From: a virus
DNA length: 64,000 nt
IMG/VR virus record: IMGVR_UViG_3300036800_000031
Location: 25,254-89,253 of that record
Reading direction: 5' to 3' (one strand)
Of this stretch, positions 52,058 through 60,858 are shown one piece after another (position 1 is the first letter of the stretch; each line of letters begins with the position of its first letter). A model generated the notes under the pieces. That model ran no database searches. It worked only from the letters and a program-made list of their open reading frames with translations, and was not told the DNA's origin. The translations under genes were made by a program, and so were the position numbers.

Positions 52058-52350
52058 GAGTCATCTCCGGTGTGGGTCGAGGGCATCGAGGTCTCCGATA
52101 GCGATTTCGAGCTTTTCGGAACTGGTTGACCGGGCCAGAACCTACGACGCCACTCGTCGGCCTCCGGGACACCCTCGACAAACAGACCATGACCGTTGTC
52201 AGCCAGCCATTGAGCGCTGTTGCCGCTACTGTCGCCGTGTTTTAGGGCCATATAGCCCCTGAGTCGCTCGTAGTCACTGATGACTTCCACGAACACTTCG
52301 TTGCGTTGTCGGCGTTGCTCGGCTAGTTGGTCGGGGGTGGGGTCAGTCAT
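52054..52350 (-). CDS. hypothetical protein
   Basis: Coupled ORF with GGAGG SD. Confidence 0.55.
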   Translation of the reverse strand: MTDPTPDQLAEQRRQRNEVFVEVISDYERLRGYMALKHGDSSGNSAQWLADNGHGLFVEGVPEADEWRRRFWPGQPVPKSSKSLSETSMPSTHTGDDS

Positions 52351-52645
52351 AGATGACCTCCCCTAGCTCGGATTCGTGGACAAGGTGACCCAGGTGGTTC
52401 GGTGTGTGCCCGTAGACGACTTCATCGTCACAGGGGAGGTCGATGATCCCGCTCCTCATTCCGTACTTCAACGCTGCCGGGTTGCCCTTCGCCCACATCC
52501 AGGAACCACCGGTCAGCCGGTCCCACCAGTCTTCGATCAGATACTCCTGATCTTCCAACTCAGCCACCACCGGGAACTCACGTTTTTCCGGGTTGATGGT
52601 GAGCTTCACCGTCTTCCCGGCCAGCGGGTGCGGGTCATCATGCAT
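52343..52645 (-). CDS. hypothetical protein
   Basis: HPLAGKTV...IEDWWDR..G.SW...GNPA...Y..R...DDEVVYG...GHLVHESEL. Confidence 0.7.
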   Translation of the reverse strand: MHDDPHPLAGKTVKLTINPEKREFPVVAELEDQEYLIEDWWDRLTGGSWMWAKGNPAALKYGMRSGIIDLPCDDEVVYGHTPNHLGHLVHESELGEVIYD

Positions 52646-52955
52646 CGAGAACCTCCAGGGGAACGGTGTTAGTGGCCTTCGTGACAGCTGGACAGGTGTG
52701 GCATTGAAGGTTGACCCTCGCCGCTGAGATGGACAGTCCGACGATGTACCACTCGTGGACGTGAGGCTTGATGGGGAAGTAGGCATCAACCGCACCGATT
52801 GAAACCGTGTGGAGAATGCCGTCCTCAAAGGCGGCTCGGAGGAAGGCCTCCGGGTCCAACATGAACCCCTTGACGTAATCAGCCGGTACGCAGACCGCGT
52901 CAGGGACTTCGATGTACGAGCGGAGCAGCTTGGTCAGATTCGGGCCTACCTTCAT
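52638..52955 (-). CDS. hypothetical protein (paralog of next gene)
   Basis: DP.AFL.A...DG.L, PHVHEW, C..CP, PLEV. Confidence 0.6.
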   Translation of the reverse strand: MKVGPNLTKLLRSYIEVPDAVCVPADYVKGFMLDPEAFLRAAFEDGILHTVSIGAVDAYFPIKPHVHEWYIVGLSISAARVNLQCHTCPAVTKATNTVPLEVLDA

Positions 52956-53287
52956 TCAGGAACCTCCAGTGGGATTCGGTTGGGGACGTCGATGCCTTCG
53001 GCATATGGGCAGTGGTTGGCAGCACAGCGGACAGAGAGGACTTTCCAGTCACTTCGGATGTTCGTTACCCGCCACTTGTGGACGTGAGGCTGGACTACCG
53101 CATAAACGACCCCGGCAAAACCGAGAGTCCCTCCGGTGGGAGTCCGCTCCAGCATTCCGTCCCTCATCATCGCCTCCAAGAACCTTCCAGGGTCAGCTTG
53201 GATGGCGTTAGGAATGGCCGTACTCGGGGCCTGGCCGGACTCCCTCCATACTTCGCGAAACAGCTGCTGCATGTTCTCGGTGCTCAT
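52952..53287 (-). CDS. hypothetical protein (paralog of previous gene)
   Basis: DPGRFLEA...DG.L, PHVHKW, C....CP, PLEV. Confidence 0.6.
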   Translation of the reverse strand: MSTENMQQLFREVWRESGQAPSTAIPNAIQADPGRFLEAMMRDGMLERTPTGGTLGFAGVVYAVVQPHVHKWRVTNIRSDWKVLSVRCAANHCPYAEGIDVPNRIPLEVPE

Positions 53288-54915
53288 GACAGCGCCCCCG
53301 CAAACGCCTTCAGGCAGGCAGCGATTTGGGCCTGGCTGAGTTGGGCGACCGGCGTCCCGCAGGCCGCATTGGCGTTTTGAGCGGCCGGGCTGGTACCCCC
53401 GAAGTTCTCCAGGCTCACCAGGACCGGCTGTATGGCGTTTGAAGCCGATAGATCGAGCCGGTAGACCACTCGGCCGTTGATCTCGGCGAAGGCCCGCCAG
53501 ACGTCTCCAGAGGTCGGGGTGTAATTCACCAGTTGACCCCCGCTAGAGAAGAACCCCGGCACCTGCTGGCTGAGGTAGTCCTTGGCGGAGGCTTCCAGGC
53601 TGTCGATGTTGATGCGCTGGATGGAGTCCGCCGCCAGAACGTAGATGCTCATGGGGTTCAACTGCCCGGCCGTTACCTGGTCAGCCCGGACCATTGCGTA
53701 GGCAATGAACAGCTGGGACTGGCTGGAAGTCAACGTCAGCGGCGTTACCCAGTAGGTGTGCCCGTCGGTCTTGGATTGAAGCTGGAAGTCCCCGTCACCC
53801 TTATCATCGGTGGCGAACCCGAACAGGCCGTGATCCTTGAACGACCGGCCCGCTGCCCAAGTGTTGGCTTGAAGCTGGTCATCGGCGACGGTCATCGGGT
53901 AGCTGGGGCCGGGGAGGTTGTCCGGCTTGGTCAGGTGGGTGAAGACGGGTGCCCCCGAAGCCGACCCTCGTACTTCCACCACTCCTCCGGCCGTATCCAA
54001 TGTCCGGTTGAGGTACTTGGTTTGCTGGCGCATGAGGAACACGAGGACCGGGTGCCCGGCGTCGCAGTAGCCATAGACGTCGCTCATCGTCCAGTAGAGG
54101 TTCGGGTACTGCTTCGCCATCATGTTGCTCAGGCTGTTGGTGTGCGCCCCGGTGATCGCCTTGGCGAGTTCGTCCTTACCTGAGAAGTAGCACTCGGTGG
54201 GGATGCCGGAGCCGGTCCACTCCACGACGCCTTCGGTGTGGGCGCTGTTGCCCGATCCGTCCCGGATGGCGCTCCAGGCGTTCTTGCCGTGGAGGTAGGT
54301 CAGGGTGTCGGTGAGCAGGTCCACGTTCTGTGTAGAGCCGGAGGTTCGCTGCATCGCCAATACCGCCCCGGCCGCTGATGATGAGCGGGCATCGAACCCG
54401 GCGGTGGGCATGGTGCCGACCTTCACACAGTTGGGCACGTCGGAAGATGCGCTGACGGTGCAGCCACTCGGTTGCTTCACCCCGTCTTTCAGGAGGTATT
54501 GAAGCGCAGCCGGGGGGTTGTCGAGGCTGGGCGTGTAGAAGGTGGTGGCGGAGTTGTAGTAGCGGGCCAGGTTCTTGTCAGATGACCACTGGTAGTTGAT
54601 ACCGGCAACCGTCGAAACGATCAAGAGAGCCAGCGCCAGGACGACAGTGATCACCACCGAACCATTCCCCGAGTCGGAGTCCTCGTCCACCGCGACCATC
54701 CCGATGATGATGAGCGAGCCGATGGCTCCGATAATGAGATACACCCACAAGATGCCGCCGTGGTTGAGGATGTTGTTCTGCCAAAACAGGTTCCACGTTT
54801 CGGTAGCGACGCCGAACCCACCGAACAGGGCGTGAGTGATCAACCACAAGATTCCAAACACCGCCGGTATCCAAAGCCACCAGACGGCCAACCAGAGAGT
54901 GATTCTTTTGAGCAT
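53284..54915 (-). CDS. membrane-anchored protein with large extracytoplasmic domain
   Basis: Three N-terminal TM helices followed by ~430 aa with paired cysteines. Confidence 0.75.
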   Translation of the reverse strand: MLKRITLWLAVWWLWIPAVFGILWLITHALFGGFGVATETWNLFWQNNILNHGGILWVYLIIGAIGSLIIIGMVAVDEDSDSGNGSVVITVVLALALLIVSTVAGINYQWSSDKNLARYYNSATTFYTPSLDNPPAALQYLLKDGVKQPSGCTVSASSDVPNCVKVGTMPTAGFDARSSSAAGAVLAMQRTSGSTQNVDLLTDTLTYLHGKNAWSAIRDGSGNSAHTEGVVEWTGSGIPTECYFSGKDELAKAITGAHTNSLSNMMAKQYPNLYWTMSDVYGYCDAGHPVLVFLMRQQTKYLNRTLDTAGGVVEVRGSASGAPVFTHLTKPDNLPGPSYPMTVADDQLQANTWAAGRSFKDHGLFGFATDDKGDGDFQLQSKTDGHTYWVTPLTLTSSQSQLFIAYAMVRADQVTAGQLNPMSIYVLAADSIQRINIDSLEASAKDYLSQQVPGFFSSGGQLVNYTPTSGDVWRAFAEINGRVVYRLDLSASNAIQPVLVSLENFGGTSPAAQNANAACGTPVAQLSQAQIAACLKAFAGALS

Positions 54916-54968
54916 GACATTCCTTTATTGAGCTAGGGGGTTGAAACGGAAGATCGAAGCGGATAGAG

Positions 54969-55361
54969 CTAGTCGTCACCCCTTCCGGTCAAGCGGGCCA
55001 CCCCGAGGTGGCATCCGGTGAGTAGGAGAACTTGCTCGACGGGGATACCGAAACCTTCGGCGATGGCTTGTCGAACCCGAGTCGCTTCTTCGAGGGTGAA
55101 ATCCGCCCCGGACTCGGCCTCAACGATCACGGTGTCGTTCACGGTGATATGGAGAACCCGAGTTCCCTTGGTCCACGGGGGGATAGGGATTCGGCGCTCC
55201 TCCAACATCACCCTCCGGACAAGGTAGAACGTGAGGCACCAAAAGCCGAATGCCCCCGCAATGTAGAACCACCGGGGCCAGCCGCTTTGGAGGGTGAAGT
55301 CGAACCCGGCTATTGCGAGCACCACCCCGCAGAAAAAGACACCTATGAGGCGACGGATCAT
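54969..55361 (-). CDS. membrane protein
   Basis: Two TM helices. Confidence 0.6.
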   Translation of the reverse strand: MIRRLIGVFFCGVVLAIAGFDFTLQSGWPRWFYIAGAFGFWCLTFYLVRRVMLEERRIPIPPWTKGTRVLHITVNDTVIVEAESGADFTLEEATRVRQAIAEGFGIPVEQVLLLTGCHLGVARLTGRGDD

Positions 55362-55367
55362 CTCGGC

Positions 55368-55982
55368 CTACCAGCTAGCACAGCCGTTTTGATCGGGGAC
55401 AAAGCTGGTGCCCTCGATCCGCTGGGCGACCGCAACCTGCGCCGCCGGAGAAAGGTCGCTGCCGCCCCCGTTGCCATACCAGTTGGTCGCGTTGATCCCG
55501 AGGCTGTCCGGGTACTCCGGCCCGGCGTAGCCGATCCACCCGCCTTCTTCACAACTAGCAACCGCGTCCCAACGGTGGTCGTAGTCACCCGAGCCGCTCG
55601 ATGCCACCGGGGTAGGCGGAGAAGGAGGGACAGTCGAGGGTGTGGATACGGGAGGAGTAACCGCGATTGTGGCTGTAGGTGTTGATGCAGTTGGGGGCGC
55701 AGCGGGAGTGGTCGGGACCGGGATCGTTGTCACTGTTGTCGTCGGTACCGGTGGACCGGGGGGCGTCACCCTTGGGAACATCTCCAGAAGGCCGAGGATA
55801 TTGACGGGCTTCAAGGATGAGGTCAGCGATGGTTTCACGGAGTCCGACGACGTGGGTGTCGGAGACGATGCGGTCTGCAAGGTCTCTAGAGAGAGTGATT
55901 GTGACTGTTGGCTTGTCCATATGGCTCCTATCGTGATAAGGGCAGCAGCGAAAATGACGGAGATGGCGAGAAGGCGCTTCAT
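55368..55982 (-). CDS. Rpf-like transglycosylase, signal/TM anchor plus Pro/Thr linker
   Basis: WDAVASCEEGGW...LGI...W...GG...SPAAQVAVAQRI...W resembles the Rpf core. Confidence 0.75.
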   Translation of the reverse strand: MKRLLAISVIFAAALITIGAIWTSQQSQSLSLETLQTASSPTPTSSDSVKPSLTSSLKPVNILGLLEMFPRVTPPGPPVPTTTVTTIPVPTTPAAPPTASTPTATIAVTPPVSTPSTVPPSPPTPVASSGSGDYDHRWDAVASCEEGGWIGYAGPEYPDSLGINATNWYGNGGGSDLSPAAQVAVAQRIEGTSFVPDQNGCASW

Positions 55983-56136
55983 TGGGATTTCGTCTTTCGT
56001 TCAGTTGGAACTGTCTGTAGGACGGACTCCCGCTTAACGCATTCAGGTCGGCACCGGGTCGTCAGGAAGGACGGGACCGGCTCGCTCTCGCATCCGATGT
56101 GCGCGGGTTTGCATTGTCCGAGGGGGGGCGTGGGCG

Positions 56137-56484
56137 TTAGGCAATCTCCCTTGGAGAGATAAGACGGACAGGTATCCCGGCTCGGGCGGCGCGCTGGGTC
56201 ATATCCAGGGTTCCGTTTCCACCGGGGAAGGCGATCATCCTGTCGGCCCCGAGGTCGGCCATCTTCTGATTGCGGATTGGCCCGGCAGCCCTGCCGTGCT
56301 TCTTCCAGTTGGCGGGGTGGGGTTCAGTGTTGCCCCACATGTTTTCGGCCAATCGGTCAGCCCCCGTGGGGCAGTCGCCGTGGACGACGACCGTATTCGG
56401 CGGTAGCTCTTGGAGGACTTCCGCCATCAACTCCCCATCGTTGAAGTCTCGCCCACCGCAGACGATCACCCGGTTCACAGCCAT
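56137..56484 (-). CDS. SLOG-superfamily (DUF2493/YspA-like) protein
   Basis: VIVCGGRDF, VVHGDCPTGAD, ANW.KHGRAAGPIRNQKM, AFPGG.GT.DM. Confidence 0.85.
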   Translation of the reverse strand: MAVNRVIVCGGRDFNDGELMAEVLQELPPNTVVVHGDCPTGADRLAENMWGNTEPHPANWKKHGRAAGPIRNQKMADLGADRMIAFPGGNGTLDMTQRAARAGIPVRLISPREIA

Positions 56485-56584
56485 CCACCCGTCATCACGG
56501 CTGACATCATTACAGGACCGAAGATGCAGGTGAGGGATAGCGTGATAGCCACCGCCGCTACTAGCCAGTACCAGGCGTCGGCGC

Positions 56585-56902
56585 TCACGACTTCTCCTCC
56601 CAGTGACGTGCAAACCACCGATGGCGGCTTAGGCCGAAGGCCCCGTTTGTGCCGGGAGTATCACAATCGGTACAAGTCCATTCCCCGGTCTGCGGATCTA
56701 TAAGACCGCCGACCTCTCCACCGAGACCCACCTTGAACTCGTAAACCCGGACCTCCCGGATAGCGTCCGCCCATGTTTGGAGGTCTTCCTGGATTTCCCG
56801 TTCACCTTCCCGGCCGGTGATGGTGTCTATGAAATCCATGAACTCGATGAGCAGGACCAGCTTCTCCGGGTCGATCATGGCGACTACTTCTTCGGGGGTC
56901 AT
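56585..56902 (-). CDS. hypothetical protein
   Basis: GGAGG SD; C-terminal C2H2-like motif. Confidence 0.55.
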   Translation of the reverse strand: MTPEEVVAMIDPEKLVLLIEFMDFIDTITGREGEREIQEDLQTWADAIREVRVYEFKVGLGGEVGGLIDPQTGEWTCTDCDTPGTNGAFGLSRHRWFARHWEEKS

Positions 56903-57315
56903 GCCTCCTCCCCGCAAACTTCACACCGGGTGACGTAGGTGTGAACGTGCTGCTGCCGGAAAACCGGATCGTGCGGCCCGGTGCAGGGGTTTTGGACGTG
57001 GACGGTGGGCGTCTTGTGGATCAACTTCTGCCGGTAGCAGTAGACCGCTGACTTGTCCACGACATAGGTGTCAGGACGGCGGTGATCGGAGTGGACGAGT
57101 TCCAAGTGAGCCTTCGGGTTAGCACAAATGTACGTTTCCCCGTCGTGGTGCATAACTACTTGCACGGACCGGAGCTTCCCGCTGTGACTCCGAAACGTGT
57201 TAACGACATGTCCAACCTGGTCTGGGAACGGTTGGAGCGGGCAGAGGGAGTTCACATCGCTTATCACTCTCACTCCCTGGCCGGTTATCAACGTGTTTGC
57301 TTCTCGGTCATTCAT
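56899..57315 (-). CDS. hypothetical protein
   Basis: AAAGGA SD; coupled ORF. Confidence 0.55.
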   Translation of the reverse strand: MNDREANTLITGQGVRVISDVNSLCPLQPFPDQVGHVVNTFRSHSGKLRSVQVVMHHDGETYICANPKAHLELVHSDHRRPDTYVVDKSAVYCYRQKLIHKTPTVHVQNPCTGPHDPVFRQQHVHTYVTRCEVCGEEA

Positions 57316-57333
57316 GGCGATCCTTTCTTAGGG

Positions 57334-57378
57334 TCTGGAGGGCCGCTCGGGCGGAATACCCGCCCGGCGACCTTCCAG
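57334..57378 (-). terminator. long GC-rich hairpin after 57404 ORF
   Basis: CTGGAGGGCCGCTCGGGCGG-AATAC-CCGCCCGGCGACCTTCCAG imperfect inverted repeat. Confidence 0.45.
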
Positions 57379-57403
57379 GGGCTTAAACCGAAGCTGAGCG
57401 GGC

Positions 57404-57847
57404 CTAGAAGGGCGGGCTGTCGTCGGTTGCGTAGGCGTCTGCCCAGGCGTCTTGCCAAAGAGCCTCCTGCTCCTCGCTGGCATCTTCATCGCCAAGGAGA
57501 TCGTCTTGGGCGTGGCCGAGGGCGTGGAGCGTTCCCCATACCCGGCCGTAGATACCGGCTCGCACCGGGCCTTGGAGCCGCTTCACTTCGTCCTTGAAGT
57601 TGTCGTAGTCCAGCGACAGGACGATTCGCCGCATCGCTTCCCCGACGTCTTCATGGGTGGCGAAGGCCCGGAACTGGTAGTCACGAGCCGGTGTCGCCAC
57701 TGTCTCGCTCAGCCCTGGTAGCCACAAGCCGCGAAGAAGGGACAGGTCAACTTCAACCCGGCTGCGGATCATCAGTTCACCTTCGTGCCCGTCTTCCGGC
57801 CCCGGCTCCACGATGGAATAAAACCCTTCCGGCGTAAAAATCCACAC
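57404..57847 (-). CDS. conserved hypothetical protein
   Basis: WIFT..GFYSIV...IRSR...DY.FRA...LDY.NFK; GGAGG SD. Confidence 0.7.
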   Translation of the reverse strand: MWIFTPEGFYSIVEPGPEDGHEGELMIRSRVEVDLSLLRGLWLPGLSETVATPARDYQFRAFATHEDVGEAMRRIVLSLDYDNFKDEVKRLQGPVRAGIYGRVWGTLHALGHAQDDLLGDEDASEEQEALWQDAWADAYATDDSPPF

Positions 57848-57849
57848 GA

Positions 57850-58545
57850 TCAAACCTCCTCCTCTTTCATTGAGCGACGGCGAGCCCAAGATTGGGATAC
57901 CGCCGCAGCAAAGGAAGCCCGACGTTCGGGCGTCCATGATTTCCGGTAATGCTGTTTCTGCTCGGGGGTACGGGTTTTTCCCATCGCAGCCCGTCGTGAC
58001 TTAGCGGCGTGCTCTGGAGATTGACTCCTCCCGTGGAGAGGATTGTCTGGACCGGTAGGTTGTGGTTTCGGCAATGTCAACCTGCCTTCGGCTATCGCTA
58101 TCCTCAACCCCTTTGCAATATTGGCTCGATGTTCAGGAGTCAACGGGGATCGGGGATTAGCAGCAAGGTAGCGTCGGAACGAATCACGGCCCTTCTCTAC
58201 CGACTCAGGAGTTCTCGGACCGAACCGGATAGCTCCCCCCGTCCCCCCTTCCGTCCCATTCGTAAGCCGGTGGCCGACGAATCGGAATCGCCGGATGGCA
58301 TCTCGCTCAGCTTGATCCGCTTCCTCCTTTGTAGCCACCGCTTCCAGAAGAACAACGAGTGGAGGCTCTATCAAGGAGTTCAACCACTTGTCGCAGATCG
58401 TCCGTCGATCCTTGGCCGCCCGAAGCAAGTGTTCACGGCACCGAACCTCGGGATTCTTGCCAGTCTGCCCAACGTATCTAACGTGCTCGGGGTCACGCTG
58501 ATCTACTAACCCGTAGATCAGCCACATACCCGTACCTCCTGACAT
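57850..58545 (-). CDS. GIY-YIG homing endonuclease with NUMOD3-like repeats
   Basis: IYGLVD.R...RYVGQT, E...I, LTN.T.GG.GG, EHRANIAK repeats. Confidence 0.85.
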   Translation of the reverse strand: MSGGTGMWLIYGLVDQRDPEHVRYVGQTGKNPEVRCREHLLRAAKDRRTICDKWLNSLIEPPLVVLLEAVATKEEADQAERDAIRRFRFVGHRLTNGTEGGTGGAIRFGPRTPESVEKGRDSFRRYLAANPRSPLTPEHRANIAKGLRIAIAEGRLTLPKPQPTGPDNPLHGRSQSPEHAAKSRRAAMGKTRTPEQKQHYRKSWTPERRASFAAAVSQSWARRRSMKEEEV

Positions 58546-58877
58546 CCTTCGCACTTCTCGGTGGCTGGCACGAAATGGTGCTGGTGGATGTCGGCGTACA
58601 ACTTGACGTGAGAGCCGGAGCACCAAGAGGTGATGAGGTGAGGATTCTGTGCCTTCTCGCACCAAACCCAACCGTCGAGTTCACGAGTGGGCCGGTTGAC
58701 AACTTCCAGATGGTCCCGGGGATTAGAACAATAGAGGGCCTGGCCCTTGCCGGTGATGACCTTGACAAAGCTGGACCCGGTGCGGTGGACCGTTCCCTCG
58801 CCTCCCCCGTCCATGATGCATTGGTTGGAATGGCCTTCCCTGGCCCGGATTTTGTCTCCTTCCCGGAACTCAATCAT
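58518..58877 (-). CDS. hypothetical protein
   Basis: Coupled ORF. Confidence 0.55.
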   Translation of the reverse strand: MIEFREGDKIRAREGHSNQCIMDGGGEGTVHRTGSSFVKVITGKGQALYCSNPRDHLEVVNRPTRELDGWVWCEKAQNPHLITSWCSGSHVKLYADIHQHHFVPATEKCEGCQEVRVCG

Positions 58878-59370
58878 TGGAGGTGTCCGGGTTCAGCAGG
58901 GAGCCACAGTCCCACTCGGTGACCGGCTCATCGAAGTCGTAGACGACCTGAGTGACGGTACGGACGTTGCGTGCTCCTTCGGGGATGGTTGCCGCCGGGT
59001 CACCCGTGACCGTCCTCGCCTTAACCTCACCCGTTGGAACCTTCTTGCAGGTGTTCTCCTTGGAAGTCTGGACGATGATCTTGTGCGGGCCGAACGTCAC
59101 GGTCCCCCCGGCGAAGTAGCCACTGACGATCTTCTCGCAGGGTCCGAGGCTGCGGAGCAATGCCGCCAAAGCCTCCGCTGAGTCAACCGAGCGGGAGAAA
59201 GTGACGCCTCCGAAGTCGTGGTCGGGGATCAGGTCCGGGTGGGCGTCGAAAAACTCCGCCATCTTGTGAAGCTCCTCGACGTAGGCGTCACGCCGTTCGG
59301 TACGGGTCATCACCTTCGGTTCCGGGGTTTCAATCTCCTCCGGGGTTTCAATGTCATAGGTCTTCGTCAT
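58870..59370 (-). CDS. hypothetical protein
   Basis: AAACAAGGAAGG SD downstream of a TATACT box. Confidence 0.7.
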   Translation of the reverse strand: MTKTYDIETPEEIETPEPKVMTRTERRDAYVEELHKMAEFFDAHPDLIPDHDFGGVTFSRSVDSAEALAALLRSLGPCEKIVSGYFAGGTVTFGPHKIIVQTSKENTCKKVPTGEVKARTVTGDPAATIPEGARNVRTVTQVVYDFDEPVTEWDCGSLLNPDTSND

Positions 59371-59394
59371 GTGATCCTTCCTTGTTTGGTGAAG

Positions 59395-59412
59395 GGGTTA
59401 AGTATACCTACC
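59395..59412 (-). promoter_or_regulatory. putative early promoter (-10 TATACT)
   Basis: TATACTT at 59400-59406; similar boxes at 60516 and 63295. Confidence 0.55.
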
Positions 59413-59484
59413 TAGCCCCGACGGGTCCGGTCTTTCCGGGGACGTCCTCGGGGCACCGAGCCGAAGCCCGGTACCCCTGAGCCG

Positions 59485-60486
59485 TTACCGGCGGTCGGTG
59501 ACCGCGTGAAGGGCGTTGCGGAGGGTGTCGTTCATCTCCCGCTCCCGCTTCAACTCCACCCGAAGCTGATCCACTTCGTCTTGGAGGACGTCGTTGGAAT
59601 GGCGCAACACGCTCTCCGGGGTGGCGTGATCCCGGGGGATGTGATTGGCCTCACTGACGGCCGGCAACGCCGGTTGGGTGGGGGGCCTCAACTGCTCTGA
59701 GGGGATAGCCTCGAATGACTCCACCGGCTTGGGGGGCCACACGATATTCCGGCGTTCACGCTCCTTAGCAACTGGCGTATGAAACTCCGGAGGCATCCGC
59801 ACCAGGGTGACACCGATGATGGTGTTTCCACCTCCGCCTCCGTAGCCACCCGACGACGCCTGCATCTCCTCCAATCTCACCCACCCTTCATTGGCCATAC
59901 CCCGCAGGACATGGTTGAGGGAACTGCGTCCGGCAGCGACTCTCCCGGTACGTAGACCCGAAGCCGCTTTGACGAACGCTCCGTGGATGCCTTTCCGGCT
60001 GGTAATGGTGCCGCCAGCCCTTTCCAGTACCTCGAAAATAAGCACGCGAGGCTGAGTGGCACGGGCCTTCGGTTGGGAAGCTGTCATGTGATTCTCCTTG
60101 CTTGGTTGTTGTGGTTGTTGTGGTTGAACCTTGGGCGGTGGGGGCCAGACGATTCCCCGTCGATCACGTTCGGCGGCGATGGCCCCTCGGGCTTCCGGAG
60201 GTATCTCCACGATCATGATGCTGGTGATCCCCATTCCCCCGGAGTTGATAGCGGCCCGGTCCACCACTACCCATCCGACGTCTTCCATCTGACGGATGGC
60301 CCGGTTGATGGTGGTGGCGGCGTAACCCGCTACCAGTGAAGGGACCAGGTTAAGAATCTGCTTGACGATGCTGCCGGGGTCGCCTCCTTCCTGAGTCAAC
60401 GTACCGCCGGAGCGGTCGATGGCTTCCAAAATCTTCACCCGGTTACTGGTGACGATTGGCTTCTTCTTCTTCTTGTGAGATGTCAT
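59485..60486 (-). CDS. protein with two tandem winged-helix-like repeats
   Basis: Repeat RV.I.E...R.GGT.T...M...GWV...I..+...+PPE....+A.ER.RR.IVWPP occurs twice; start at the SD-preceded ATG 60486. Confidence 0.7.
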   Translation of the reverse strand: MTSHKKKKKPIVTSNRVKILEAIDRSGGTLTQEGGDPGSIVKQILNLVPSLVAGYAATTINRAIRQMEDVGWVVVDRAAINSGGMGITSIMIVEIPPEARGAIAAERDRRGIVWPPPPKVQPQQPQQPSKENHMTASQPKARATQPRVLIFEVLERAGGTITSRKGIHGAFVKAASGLRTGRVAAGRSSLNHVLRGMANEGWVRLEEMQASSGGYGGGGGNTIIGVTLVRMPPEFHTPVAKERERRNIVWPPKPVESFEAIPSEQLRPPTQPALPAVSEANHIPRDHATPESVLRHSNDVLQDEVDQLRVELKREREMNDTLRNALHAVTDRR

Positions 60487-60509
60487 GTTTTCTCCTTGCT
60501 TGGTAAGGT

Positions 60510-60530
60510 CCCCTAAGTATAGGGGGGTAT
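60510..60530 (-). promoter_or_regulatory. putative early promoter (ATACCCCCC-TATACTT)
   Basis: Near-identical to the 63290-63310 motif. Confidence 0.6.
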
Positions 60531-60597
60531 GCCTTCCGAAGTGGGGCACACCATCGGGGCACCCGAGTTTCCGTTCCGGGTGCCCCTGTGCTGTGAC

Positions 60598-60858
60598 TCA
60601 CCTACGGGCGTCGGCGATCAACACCCGCATGGTTTCATCTACCTCCCTTCCGTCGAATGGTTGAACGTCGAATCCCCCAGGGTTGGCTTGATAGCGCCCC
60701 AGGTGCTGATCTGCGGCCTCCTCTGTGGGGAACGGCCCGTAGGCGTCGGCGTACTCTCGCCAGTCCCAAGCGCCGACCGGGCACCCCCCGTTCTGGAGGA
60801 GGTAGTACCACTCACCCGGCGCAACCTCCACGATGAGGCACTCGAACCCGGTGCTCAC
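60598..60858 (-). CDS. hypothetical protein
   Basis: GTGA overlap; WYYLL...AWDWRE.A.AYGPF. Confidence 0.6.
   Translation of the reverse strand: MSTGFECLIVEVAPGEWYYLLQNGGCPVGAWDWREYADAYGPFPTEEAADQHLGRYQANPGGFDVQPFDGREVDETMRVLIADARR

Noticed and set aside
56500-56540. Sixth TATCCC late-promoter copy
   Set aside because: No -10-like hexamer at the 23-nt spacing
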